Shown: one piece after another, positions 1 through 8,567 of the stretch
Layout of the letters: each line of letters starts with the position of its first letter
How positions within the stretch are numbered: the stretch's first letter is position 1
Source of the DNA: an uncultured virus (IMG/VR IMGVR_UViG_3300031240_000226)
Lineage: Duplodnaviria; Heunggongvirae; Uroviricota; Caudoviricetes
Length of the DNA: 20,000 bases
Direction: 5' to 3' (one strand)
Virus record (IMG/VR): IMGVR_UViG_3300031240_000226
Translations under genes and position numbers: made by a program
The notes under the pieces: generated by a model
What the model was told of the DNA's origin: nothing
The model's database searches: none
What the model saw: the letters and a program-made list of their open reading frames with translations, nothing else

Positions 1-29
1 TGACGATATAAATAATATCTATTTTCCAT
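1..29 (-). CDS. 5' end of a probable GIY-YIG-type homing endonuclease (runs off the window edge)
   Basis: ATG at 29 reads MENRYYLYR(H); the YYLYRH opening resembles the first strand of phage GIY-YIG endonucleases. Only 9 full codons are visible. Confidence 0.35.
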
Positions 30-43
30 CAATCAATCTTCAT

Positions 44-376
44 TTATCCTTTTTGAGTTTTCATTTCATCAATCACCTGGCCTTTGATTCCCACCTGAGT
101 AAACCACTGAAGCCATGGTTTATTTTGGTCTACTCCATAGATTTCAATCCAAGCGACAATCAATTCAAAATCGACAGCATCAATTTCAAATTCACTTGTC
201 TTGTATAGAGATTCAGCCCATAATTTGAACTTCATGTTCTTGTCGGGGAACTGCCACATCGCAAGAGCCAAGCATTTTGCCATGTGATGCACGTCTATCA
301 ATTTACCGTCTTTGTCATTGACATCGAATTCTTTTCCAGAGAGTGTTTTGAATTGTTTGTCGAGATTGATTTTCAT
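44..376 (-). CDS. Small phage protein downstream of the fibre gene (possible fibre assembly/chaperone protein)
   Basis: 110-aa ORF (MKINLDKQFKTLSGKEF...KLWAESLYKTSEFEID..DFELI) directly after the fibre gene. Function is inferred from position only. Confidence 0.6.
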   Translation of the reverse strand: MKINLDKQFKTLSGKEFDVNDKDGKLIDVHHMAKCLALAMWQFPDKNMKFKLWAESLYKTSEFEIDAVDFELIVAWIEIYGVDQNKPWLQWFTQVGIKGQVIDEMKTQKG

Positions 377-392
377 ATTTGTCGGGTTTAAT

Positions 393-3300
393 TTATGCTA
401 AAATTCCAAAATTTCTTAATGCCTTTACAACTTGCCCGGCGGTATATCCATCCCATGTTGCAGAATCATTCGCAATCAAAGAAGTATTTGCAACGAAAGA
501 TGAGGCTGCAATTGCTGTCGTTGGCTGTACAATTGGGGTTGCATTCCAGAAACTAATTTTTTGCGAAGTGGATGTTCCTATTTTAGTTCCTACAGTAGTG
601 TCTAATTTAATGTTAGCACCAACTGTTGAAGAGAAAAGTAAATCACCACCTGCAACTTCCAATGCATAATTAGTAGCGCCATTTGCAGAATTCAATCGAA
701 GGGCTTTATTTATCGCACCAGTTCCTCCATGACCATTTTGAATATCAGCTGCAATTGTAGTTTGGCTAGAAGTTGAGTTAAGTCCTAGCATGTTTACGAA
801 CAATAATTTTTGGCTATTGCTTGCAGCTCCCGTATTTGTTGATGATATAGTGAATGCTGTTCCGCTTGTCAATGAGTTCCAATCCCATTCTTGCGCATTG
901 GCTAAATTATCAATTGTATTACTACTTGTAGCGGCCCCTATGCCCGATAATGTTGCTGAGATTACTATCCATCCAGTCCCATTATAATATTTCATTAAAT
1001 GAGATGTAGTATTGTAAGCAATCTCACCTTCAACTGGCGCGGATGGATCGGAAGTAAATCCTACAATCTGAATAGGGGAAGTAGTAGTTGTCTGATTGAA
1101 TTGAACCTTGCCACCAAATCCGGCAGTAAAAGAATTTGTGATTGTAGCATTAACTCCAGCGGCAGGAGAACCATCCACATAAAAAGTGTACGCATTTGTT
1201 AACATGGAAGCTCCAACAAATGCATAAGTAGGGGCTTGGATTCTAACGGCGCGTTGAGTTGTCAATGTTCCGGTAGACCATTGAACGATTCTGGATAAGT
1301 TAATATTTACATCATGTAATTCTGTAGAAGCGGTAATTGCAGTATGCGCTCCTCCATCAAGTTTTGCAAGCGGTGTCCATGCGCTAGATAATGGGGGCTG
1401 AAGCACATAAAGTCTAGCCGAATCCGTAGTTGTGCCGATCGAAACGTTACCGGTTGTCTGAACTCGTAATGACTCGCCAGCGCTACTTACTAATCCGAGA
1501 GTTCCATTTGGGGCAGACATTTTAAAAGTTGCTCCTGTTCCAACAAAATCTCCTCCGATTCCGAGAGCATATTTATTAGTGATAGTGGCGTTTGTTCCGG
1601 CAGTTGGAGCATCAATGAATACAGTGTACGCATTTGTGAATGTCTGAGCCGATGCTCCAGCAAGTGTTGCTCCTCTAAAATAAACTTGACGTTGAGTTGT
1701 CACCGTGCCTGATCCTGCCCACGTAACAATTCTATTTAAGTTAATATCAAAGTCAATATTTTCAGCGGTATTTGTGATCGCGGTATGCGCACCAGGTGAT
1801 ATTTTAAATGCTGTAGTCCAGCTTGCTGATTCAGCTACTTGCACAAAAGCAATGCTTCCATCTTCTTGCATGAATAGCAAAGTTGATGGCGTTGAATTCT
1901 GAACTCTTATTAAGGAACCAGTCGTTGCTCCTGTAGAGCGAATAGCAAAAAATGCCGAAGCATTAGGATTACCGATGGCCATGTTACCATTAACACCCAA
2001 TGCCCATTTTCTTGTAATAGATGCATTTGCCCCAGCGGTCGGAGCATCAATATAAACCGTATATGCATCCGTGAACGTGGCTGTCGCTGATGCGCCTACT
2101 AAAGTAACTCCTCTGAAATAAGCCTGACGTTGAGTTGCTACGGTACCCGCTGCCCAAGTCTCGCTTCTGTTGAAAGCAAAATCGACATCAATAAATTCCG
2201 TAGAAGCAGTTAAGGCAGTATGGCCCCCCGGTGTAACTACGAATGCACTAACCCATGCAGAAGACATTGCATTTTGTGTGACCGCAACTTTATTAAGATT
2301 GAAAGTATTATTAAAAGCACCCGTTTGATTTGTGTTACCTGTAATTGTCGTTGCGCCAGAAACAGCCCATCCGACAGATGAAGCCGCTGCCCATGTAGGC
2401 ACTCCTCCGGCAACGGTTAAAATATATCCATTTGTTCCAATAGCCAATTTACTTAATGCAGTCGCTCCCGAAGCATAAAGTAAATCGCCTGTAGTATAGG
2501 AAGCAAAACTCGTTCCTCCATTGGCCGCTATCAAAGTGCCCGCAAAAGTAATCGTACCAGTAGTAGTGATAGGACCACCTGAAGTTGTTAATCCGGTTGT
2601 TCCCCCCGAAATGGCCACAGATGTAACTGTACCTGTACCTGCTGTTGTCTGCCACGAAGGAACACCAGCCGAAATTGTAAATACTTGTCCTTCGCTTCCT
2701 GCCGGAACTTCTCCTGGTAAATTTGATACATTCCCAACCCATACTGCATTTAAAGACAGCGCATTTCCTAATTTATTATTTAATTGAGTTTGAATGTTAC
2801 TCGTAGCAGTATTCAAATAATTCAATTGCGCTGTAGTTGTCGTTACAGTATGAAGAATGTTTATCTCCGACGCCGTTGCTGTGAGATCGGTAATTTTCGT
2901 CGCGGTTAATGTTGTCCATTGAGTATTATAATTCGTGCCATCAATTTTCGTGAGATATTGATTAGCAACACCACCCACAGGAAGAGTTCCTGCAGGAGCC
3001 GCAGAATTTACCCAAGTAGATCCATTGTAGGTTATAATATTACCGGATACAGGCGAAGTGAGAGTTACTGTTAATTTTGTACCAAGTTGTGTCTGTAGTG
3101 CAGAAGTAACTCCGGATACATATCCTAACTCAGTTGCCGTAACTGCACTCACCGCTACTTTACCCGAACCATCAGAAACAAGCGCTAAACTTGCAGTAAG
3201 ATTTGAAGAAACAATAGTTGATGCCCCCCCAGTAATTGTTGCCTGCTTGCCATTAAGTTGCGTTTGAATTGCGGAAGAGACACCAGACAAATAACTTGCT

Positions 3301-3656
3301 TCCGTTGCTGTCGTTGGAGAAACTGTTAATGATCCGGCCCCATCACTAATAACCAATCTATTCGCAGTAAGACTTATTAATGCTTGCTTTGCATTCAATT
3401 GCGTTTGAATAGAACTAGTAACACCTGAGACATAACTCAATTCAGTAGATGTCGTTGCTGAGGGTGTTAAAATTCCACTACCATCAAAAGCAGCAGCACG
3501 CAAAGCAGTCTGCGCTGTTAACCGAGCAACTGGAATGGATGAAAGAGAGGTTACATTTCCGTTAGCATCGGCCAATAGAAATGCATCGCTTCCTCCTGCG
3601 CCTGAGATGGCGTAGTCAAGAATAAGTCCGTTCGCTATGTGAAGTGGATGTGCCAT
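393..3656 (-). CDS. Long fibre protein (tail or head fibre), modular and repeat-rich
   Basis: 1087 aa, T/S/G/A-rich. Has four TELxYxSGVTSxIQTQLNxKQ-type repeats, a GTGTVTSVA linker, three ~90-aa repeated domains, and a C-terminal SFWNATPIVQP...VVKALRNFGILA motif typical of trimeric fibre ends. Confidence 0.8.
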   Translation of the reverse strand: MAHPLHIANGLILDYAISGAGGSDAFLLADANGNVTSLSSIPVARLTAQTALRAAAFDGSGILTPSATTSTELSYVSGVTSSIQTQLNAKQALISLTANRLVISDGAGSLTVSPTTATEASYLSGVSSAIQTQLNGKQATITGGASTIVSSNLTASLALVSDGSGKVAVSAVTATELGYVSGVTSALQTQLGTKLTVTLTSPVSGNIITYNGSTWVNSAAPAGTLPVGGVANQYLTKIDGTNYNTQWTTLTATKITDLTATASEINILHTVTTTTAQLNYLNTATSNIQTQLNNKLGNALSLNAVWVGNVSNLPGEVPAGSEGQVFTISAGVPSWQTTAGTGTVTSVAISGGTTGLTTSGGPITTTGTITFAGTLIAANGGTSFASYTTGDLLYASGATALSKLAIGTNGYILTVAGGVPTWAAASSVGWAVSGATTITGNTNQTGAFNNTFNLNKVAVTQNAMSSAWVSAFVVTPGGHTALTASTEFIDVDFAFNRSETWAAGTVATQRQAYFRGVTLVGASATATFTDAYTVYIDAPTAGANASITRKWALGVNGNMAIGNPNASAFFAIRSTGATTGSLIRVQNSTPSTLLFMQEDGSIAFVQVAESASWTTAFKISPGAHTAITNTAENIDFDINLNRIVTWAGSGTVTTQRQVYFRGATLAGASAQTFTNAYTVFIDAPTAGTNATITNKYALGIGGDFVGTGATFKMSAPNGTLGLVSSAGESLRVQTTGNVSIGTTTDSARLYVLQPPLSSAWTPLAKLDGGAHTAITASTELHDVNINLSRIVQWSTGTLTTQRAVRIQAPTYAFVGASMLTNAYTFYVDGSPAAGVNATITNSFTAGFGGKVQFNQTTTTSPIQIVGFTSDPSAPVEGEIAYNTTSHLMKYYNGTGWIVISATLSGIGAATSSNTIDNLANAQEWDWNSLTSGTAFTISSTNTGAASNSQKLLFVNMLGLNSTSSQTTIAADIQNGHGGTGAINKALRLNSANGATNYALEVAGGDLLFSSTVGANIKLDTTVGTKIGTSTSQKISFWNATPIVQPTTAIAASSFVANTSLIANDSATWDGYTAGQVVKALRNFGILA
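1116..2264 (-). repeat. Three diverged ~90-aa domain repeats in the fibre (approx. 1992-2264, 1557-1829, 1116-1389)
   Basis: Shared pattern SxxWxxxxxxxxGxHTAxTxxxExxDxxxxxxRxxxWxxGTxxTQR...TxAYTxxxDx(x)PxAGxNAxIT in the translation. Boundaries are approximate. Confidence 0.85.
2768..3455 (-). repeat. Four TELxY(V/L)SGVTSxIQTQLNxK-type repeats in the fibre N-terminus
   Basis: TELSYVSGVTSSIQTQLNAKQ, TEASYLSGVSSAIQTQLNGKQ, TELGYVSGVTSALQTQLGTKL, AQLNYLNTATSNIQTQLNNKL. Confidence 0.85.
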
Positions 3657-5198
3657 TTATGGTTCATAAATTATTGTCACATATCCTCTATTCCCTCCAG
3701 CACTATAACTTCCAGAGGCATACAGTCCACCCGCTAAGATGAATAATGTTACAGTAGTACTGTCAATTGATTTTACCCCCCCCTGAATTAAGTTTGTGGA
3801 ATCATAAAATCTTGTCAATGGAGAAACAAGAGATCCTGCATCATTTGTGATCATCACATCAATTGTTCTAATCTTAGCAATATTTGATAATCCATGCGCT
3901 ACACCAGTACTTGTAACACTAGACATATTCCATGCACCAATAGAAATTACTTTATATAATACATTCGGTGTTCCTGAAATTGTTGGTGCTGTTGGTAATT
4001 GTTCATATCGAACAGCATCTCCATTAGTCGAAGCTGCTGCTAGGCCCGTAATTTTATTTCCTGCCATCGCAATCGGACCACTCATTGTGCCTCCACTCAA
4101 GAGTAAATAAAGTCCAATCAATTGTTCATACCTTAATGAATCTCCATTGACTGAACCAGCGGCTAATCCAGTCAACTTATGAGCAGCCATTGCAATATTA
4201 CCGCTCATCGTTCCTCCAGATAAAAGCAAATAATTAGCTAATGAATTTGTTAGATTGGTTAATGCTGTAGTGAGATTATTGATCTGTGTTTGTATAGAAC
4301 TCGTAACTCCAGAAGAGTAATTCAATTCAGTTACGGTAGCAACTAAATCTGTGATTGCTGCCACAGTCAATGTGAACCATTGCACATCATAATCAGCATT
4401 AGATGCCTTTCTTAATATTTGATGTGAGGTTCCCCCAACTGGCAATGGTCCTTGCGCATTCGTGAAACTAATGTTCTGAAATAATATTCTCAATCCTTTA
4501 ACCACCCAGCCATCTGTAGATGTGTATGCATTCAACTGGATTTGTCCCGCCGCCATTTCAACCTTGAAAGTAATCGGTGATGTTGTGCCTCCTGCATCGG
4601 CGGTTCTTGTCTCATTGAAATCTATATTCGATCCATTCCATGTTGCGGAAATAATTGAAGTGCGCGATCCCTCTCCTCCGTTCGTTCCCATCGCACTCAC
4701 AATAAAAAATGCAAACGTACTCAACGCTGCATCAAAAGTGTCTACCAATGTGCTAGGTGAATCAACTGTTAAATTCTGAAATGTCGTTCCTCCTGGTAAT
4801 GCCGGCCCTCCCCCTGAGCCGCCTGATGGACTCACATTAGTTGAACCGGATGGAAAGAATTGTATTGTACTATTCCGCGCAACAAGCAACGGAATATTTG
4901 GTCCTCCGAAGCCTTTCGATAATGTCAGTAAGCCATAAAGAATGTTGTTGAACTTTTCTTCGTTGGCTGAGGCAGTGTAATAGGCGAGAACATTGCCGCT
5001 GGAATCGACGATATTGAAAAGTGTGAGGTAAAGAACATTAGCGGTATAAACTTTATCCCGATGATCAGGATCAGTCATATCGATACCCTGTTTCTCTTCT
5101 GCAACTATTTGGATTGAAAGTTGAGACAGTGCGTGATAAGCGTTATTAATAATCGCTGCGATCTCAGTTTGTGTACGAATGGGTGCGATATTTCCCAT
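3657..5198 (-). CDS. Virion fibre/spike-like structural protein
   Basis: 513 aa with a helical N-terminus, a beta-rich middle, a LPVGGTSHQILRKASNADYDVQW motif, a coiled segment and two 41-aa YLLLSGGTMSGxIAMAxxKxTGLAA...DxxRYEQL repeats (adhesin-stalk-like). Its TAA directly abuts the fibre ATG. Confidence 0.75.
   Translation of the reverse strand: MGNIAPIRTQTEIAAIINNAYHALSQLSIQIVAEEKQGIDMTDPDHRDKVYTANVLYLTLFNIVDSSGNVLAYYTASANEEKFNNILYGLLTLSKGFGGPNIPLLVARNSTIQFFPSGSTNVSPSGGSGGGPALPGGTTFQNLTVDSPSTLVDTFDAALSTFAFFIVSAMGTNGGEGSRTSIISATWNGSNIDFNETRTADAGGTTSPITFKVEMAAGQIQLNAYTSTDGWVVKGLRILFQNISFTNAQGPLPVGGTSHQILRKASNADYDVQWFTLTVAAITDLVATVTELNYSSGVTSSIQTQINNLTTALTNLTNSLANYLLLSGGTMSGNIAMAAHKLTGLAAGSVNGDSLRYEQLIGLYLLLSGGTMSGPIAMAGNKITGLAAASTNGDAVRYEQLPTAPTISGTPNVLYKVISIGAWNMSSVTSTGVAHGLSNIAKIRTIDVMITNDAGSLVSPLTRFYDSTNLIQGGVKSIDSTTVTLFILAGGLYASGSYSAGGNRGYVTIIYEP
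3997..4232 (-). repeat. Two 41-aa (123-nt) adhesin-stalk-like repeats
   Basis: YLLLSGGTMSG starts at 4232 and at 4109, 123 nt apart. Confidence 0.85.
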
Positions 5199-5863
5199 TA
5201 TAATGTTGAAGCGGTTTGAGCATCAAGATAGTCCATAATATCTTGTTCTGCCGAGTAGTTTGCCGATCTGAAAAGGGTCCAAGCAGCGCTTATTAAAGTG
5301 CCTCCAATTATTACTGATGATGCCTGCTGCCAGTCCTTGCACTTTCCGGATTTTACAGAAAGTCCGAACGACGCCAAGGCATCCCCAAGTGGACCGGTTG
5401 CCGCCCTCACTGCAGAAAAATTATAAGTCTGAGTGATGTTGACATTACTATTTGCAAGATTCAATACTTCAGATAAAATATTTGTGATCAAAGTCCAATC
5501 AGGACTAATTCCAGGCGTCCCGCTTGTTGAGGCTACGTTAACGCGATAGTATGAACCATTGTAATAAACTGAATTTCCGAGCGTATATGTCCCTGGAGTC
5601 CACCCGGTGAACCCGAAAATTATTGCAACTATTGTCCCGTCTTGTTGAGGTAATGAAAATGTCCAAGCAGTTACAGTATTTGGTGCAGAGTTATCTAATG
5701 TTAATTGAGTATCAGTATTATCACTCGCCCTTTTAAAAAGATAAGCATATAAATATAATGTGCTTCGTGCGGGGGATGTGTAATGCGTAATGTCAACGAG
5801 TTGCGCAGTGGTTAAATCACTGGATACATTTTCGATGTCGGTATTGAAAACTACAGTGGCCAT
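5198..5863 (-). CDS. Putative virion protein with a CBM5/12-like (ChtBD3-like) carbohydrate-binding motif
   Basis: Likely start is ATG at 5863 (MATVVF, 221 aa), because the track start at 5902 lies at the terminator tail. Contains WTPGTYTLGNSVYYNGSYYRV...TPGISPDW. TAATG overlap with the next gene. Confidence 0.65.
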   Translation of the reverse strand: MATVVFNTDIENVSSDLTTAQLVDITHYTSPARSTLYLYAYLFKRASDNTDTQLTLDNSAPNTVTAWTFSLPQQDGTIVAIIFGFTGWTPGTYTLGNSVYYNGSYYRVNVASTSGTPGISPDWTLITNILSEVLNLANSNVNITQTYNFSAVRAATGPLGDALASFGLSVKSGKCKDWQQASSVIIGGTLISAAWTLFRSANYSAEQDIMDYLDAQTASTL

Positions 5864-5878
5864 GGCGTATATTTTACA

Positions 5879-5886
5879 CGAATTTA
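5879..5886 (-). promoter_or_regulatory. Candidate -7 promoter box (TAAATTCG), a variant of Bacteroidota TAnnTTTG
   Basis: Lies between a terminator and the ATG at 5863, with one mismatch to consensus. Confidence 0.35.
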
Positions 5887-5903
5887 CGGAAAAATTACGC
5901 ATG

Positions 5904-5933
5904 AAAAAGCCCCCGATCGGACTCGAGGGCTTT
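5904..5933 (-). terminator. Intrinsic terminator after the gene-75-like CDS
   Basis: Minus strand AAAGCCCTCGA-GTCCGA-TCGGGGGCTTTTT: GC stem with one G-U pair, then a U tract. Confidence 0.8.
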
Positions 5934-5977
5934 AACTATGAAACACGCGCTTTTGGCAAAGCACTCAAAGGTAACGA

Positions 5978-7009
5978 TTAGTGCCAGAAACTCAAAAGCG
6001 ACTCAATCTCTGTTTTTGCATCCTGGCCTTCTGGGCTGATGAGGAACTTAGCGAAATCTTCCAGCGGTGATTGATCTACCAAGCAAGTCCAAAGAGGAGT
6101 TTTGTCGTCGGAACTCAGATAATAATTCTGTGAATCCGGGTCAAAATCAATAATACCCAAATCAAGAGCTGTCATGACATTCATCATGGCTGTTGCTGTG
6201 TTATCCGGAGATTTGAACAATACTTCTTTTGGATTATCTGCTGCTCTACGGCGCATTTCCAATCTCATATCGCTGGGTTTCGTAGTTGAGGGTATTCCGA
6301 AAGCCGCCGCAAGATTGATTAGTTGATCCAATTTTAATCCAATAACATGACGTTCAGCATCCATAGCCAAATCACGCTTCATTAATTGAACATGCGGAGA
6401 TTGAAACTCGATATCAATGCGTTTGAATTTTGGCGTGGCATCTGAGGGCCGATGTTTGTTATTTATATTACCTGGATGCAACTCCCACCACACGAATTTG
6501 GGATAGTTTTTGATCACATCAATGTGCACGAGGCCGTGAACAAATTCAGGCATTTGAATATTTTTATTCACTGAGGTGTCGACAGTCAGTGCATTGGTGT
6601 TGTAATATTCATGCACCGCGATGTCATTGGAGTAGATCATCTTCTTTCTGCGCTTGGCCAAAACTGGTTCCCCGGGATCATAAATTTCATAAATCGGATG
6701 CAACTCAGATGGCGCCGGTTCGATTCTGTTTGGCCCCTCAATTACGCGGTGATCAAATTTTACGTCAGCGCTCAGTAATTGATAGATCGCTAATCTTCTG
6801 CGGGTAAGAGGAGGAAGAAGTTCATCACTTAATCCCAGCCCGCTTGTGTCGAGTTTATCTCGCTTGAATTCGCGCTTCTTGAAAGCAAGTTTCTCTTTGG
6901 GAGGAGGAGGAGTGAGGTCTTTTACTGGTAAAGTACCGGAAGGTACTTCCAAGGTTTTTGTTGGTTGATCTCCTGTCAGGAAATCTTCCATTGCATCTTT
7001 TTTTGCCAT
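5978..7009 (-). CDS. Conserved crAss-like protein following the MCP (gene-75-like)
   Basis: 343 aa directly downstream of the MCP. ELHPGN...FKRID...LAMDAE...LEMRRRAADNPKEVL resembles this family as recalled, and the synteny fits. Confidence 0.6.
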   Translation of the reverse strand: MAKKDAMEDFLTGDQPTKTLEVPSGTLPVKDLTPPPPKEKLAFKKREFKRDKLDTSGLGLSDELLPPLTRRRLAIYQLLSADVKFDHRVIEGPNRIEPAPSELHPIYEIYDPGEPVLAKRRKKMIYSNDIAVHEYYNTNALTVDTSVNKNIQMPEFVHGLVHIDVIKNYPKFVWWELHPGNINNKHRPSDATPKFKRIDIEFQSPHVQLMKRDLAMDAERHVIGLKLDQLINLAAAFGIPSTTKPSDMRLEMRRRAADNPKEVLFKSPDNTATAMMNVMTALDLGIIDFDPDSQNYYLSSDDKTPLWTCLVDQSPLEDFAKFLISPEGQDAKTEIESLLSFWH

Positions 7010-7028
7010 TGTTTTTGTCGGTTAAGTG

Positions 7029-7064
7029 AAAAATAAACCTCCCGAGTGGTTAGTTCGGGAGGTT
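7029..7064 (-). terminator. Intrinsic terminator after the major capsid gene
   Basis: Perfect 10-bp stem AACCTCCCGA/TCGGGAGGTT followed by TATTTTT on the minus strand, 6 nt after the MCP stop. Confidence 0.85.
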
Positions 7065-7070
7065 CTGAAA

Positions 7071-8528
7071 TTAGAATTGAGAAGAAGTACCCAAGATGTG
7101 CTTGGATGCTGCTACTACGCGAATTCCTTGTTCTGAGTGATAGTTCACATTCAAAACGCGTTGTTCGGAAGTAGGCTGAGGCGCATACGCACCAGTCATC
7201 CACACTTTGTAGTACCCACGGGCACCACCACCAGATTGCTGCTTGTACATGATCGTAAAGCAATCCATAGGGATACCAGTTTTTGCATCTTCCTTCTTGT
7301 CCATTGGCTTCACGATGAAATACCATGGATAAGGGCGACCTGGGATGTTGGTCAATTGAGGGTTGTCAAGGATTCTCAATGACTTCAAGTTGAAGGCAGC
7401 ACCAGGAAGTTTGATTGTGCTGATCTCCAAATCCACGGCCTTGTGTTCATACACAATGCTACCGTTAGTTCCGATTTGAGTGATCAAATCAGATACCCGG
7501 AAGCTGAACTCAGGACCATGCCAGATCATACTGTCGCCAGCCTGATTCAGACGGTTGCGCATGCGGTACAAATCCTTGAATAAGGAAAGGGTCACCACAT
7601 CGTCATACTGCTTTCCAGCGGCATTGGCATTGAGTACCGGAATGTAACCATTGGAAGTGGTCAGCGTTTTGTTTGTTCCGGAAATAGGATCGTAAGCAAC
7701 TGCGTTGGCATCAGCCGTAGGAGTTACAAACAAGCTCATTGCAATGTAGAGCATGAAGCGCTCTTCGGTCTGACGAGAACCGATGACATACCAGAAATTG
7801 ATCGTCTGACCATTTTCAGGATCCACAATTGGGTAAGTCTTGTTACTCAACTGCTTGTTGGTAGTCTGATACACATCAGCATATTCAGAAAGATATGACC
7901 TGATGTTAGTGAATACAGGAATCAACCCTTCTTGACGTCCCCAAGTTGCTTCTTCGTAAGCTGGGCCAGGGATGGTGATTTGGTCACCTCCCCAAGTCGA
8001 ACCGGAAAGGGTAAGGGTGGCGATAAGATCAGGATAAGTCGCATTCAATTTGGTCATGTAAAGACGGTGAGCATTCGCTACCGACTCGCGCTTACCTTGC
8101 ACGCGCCAGAAATATTGACCTTTGAATTCAACCACATCACCCGTTCTTGGGTATGACATGGTATTTGCAATAGAACCGGTGGTAGGGGTGTGTGCGCTTG
8201 CAGCCAATTGGATGTACTGCAGACCTGCAAAAGCTGCTGGGTCACCGTTACCTACGGAAGCAACGCCGAAGACGTTGGCCGAAGTGGTATCGGTATTGAT
8301 GAATGGAGCATCGATGATTCTCCGCTCTTCACGGTGAATAATTTCTTCTCCTTCAACTTTCTCCATCAAGCCCATCTTCATGAAATCACCGATATCGGTA
8401 ACCAGAGGGTTGACGTTGAATAAATCTTTGACAATCTGAGGTTCCAAAAGGAACTCAATATTCGAAATGACAGGATAACTTTCCTGTGACGCGAACGAGA
8501 AATCTCGGTACGTGTTTACTGTTGCCAT
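7071..8528 (-). CDS. Major capsid protein (crAss-like, HK97 fold)
   Basis: 485 aa in the position portal > acidic protein > this gene. Has GPAYEEATWG after an insertion domain, a C-terminal VNYHSEQGIRVVAASKH strand, strong codon bias and a strong terminator after it. Confidence 0.85.
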   Translation of the reverse strand: MATVNTYRDFSFASQESYPVISNIEFLLEPQIVKDLFNVNPLVTDIGDFMKMGLMEKVEGEEIIHREERRIIDAPFINTDTTSANVFGVASVGNGDPAAFAGLQYIQLAASAHTPTTGSIANTMSYPRTGDVVEFKGQYFWRVQGKRESVANAHRLYMTKLNATYPDLIATLTLSGSTWGGDQITIPGPAYEEATWGRQEGLIPVFTNIRSYLSEYADVYQTTNKQLSNKTYPIVDPENGQTINFWYVIGSRQTEERFMLYIAMSLFVTPTADANAVAYDPISGTNKTLTTSNGYIPVLNANAAGKQYDDVVTLSLFKDLYRMRNRLNQAGDSMIWHGPEFSFRVSDLITQIGTNGSIVYEHKAVDLEISTIKLPGAAFNLKSLRILDNPQLTNIPGRPYPWYFIVKPMDKKEDAKTGIPMDCFTIMYKQQSGGGARGYYKVWMTGAYAPQPTSEQRVLNVNYHSEQGIRVVAASKHILGTSSQF

Positions 8529-8567
8529 TTGGGGATTTTTTTAGATTAAAACTCCCCGGCTACTATC

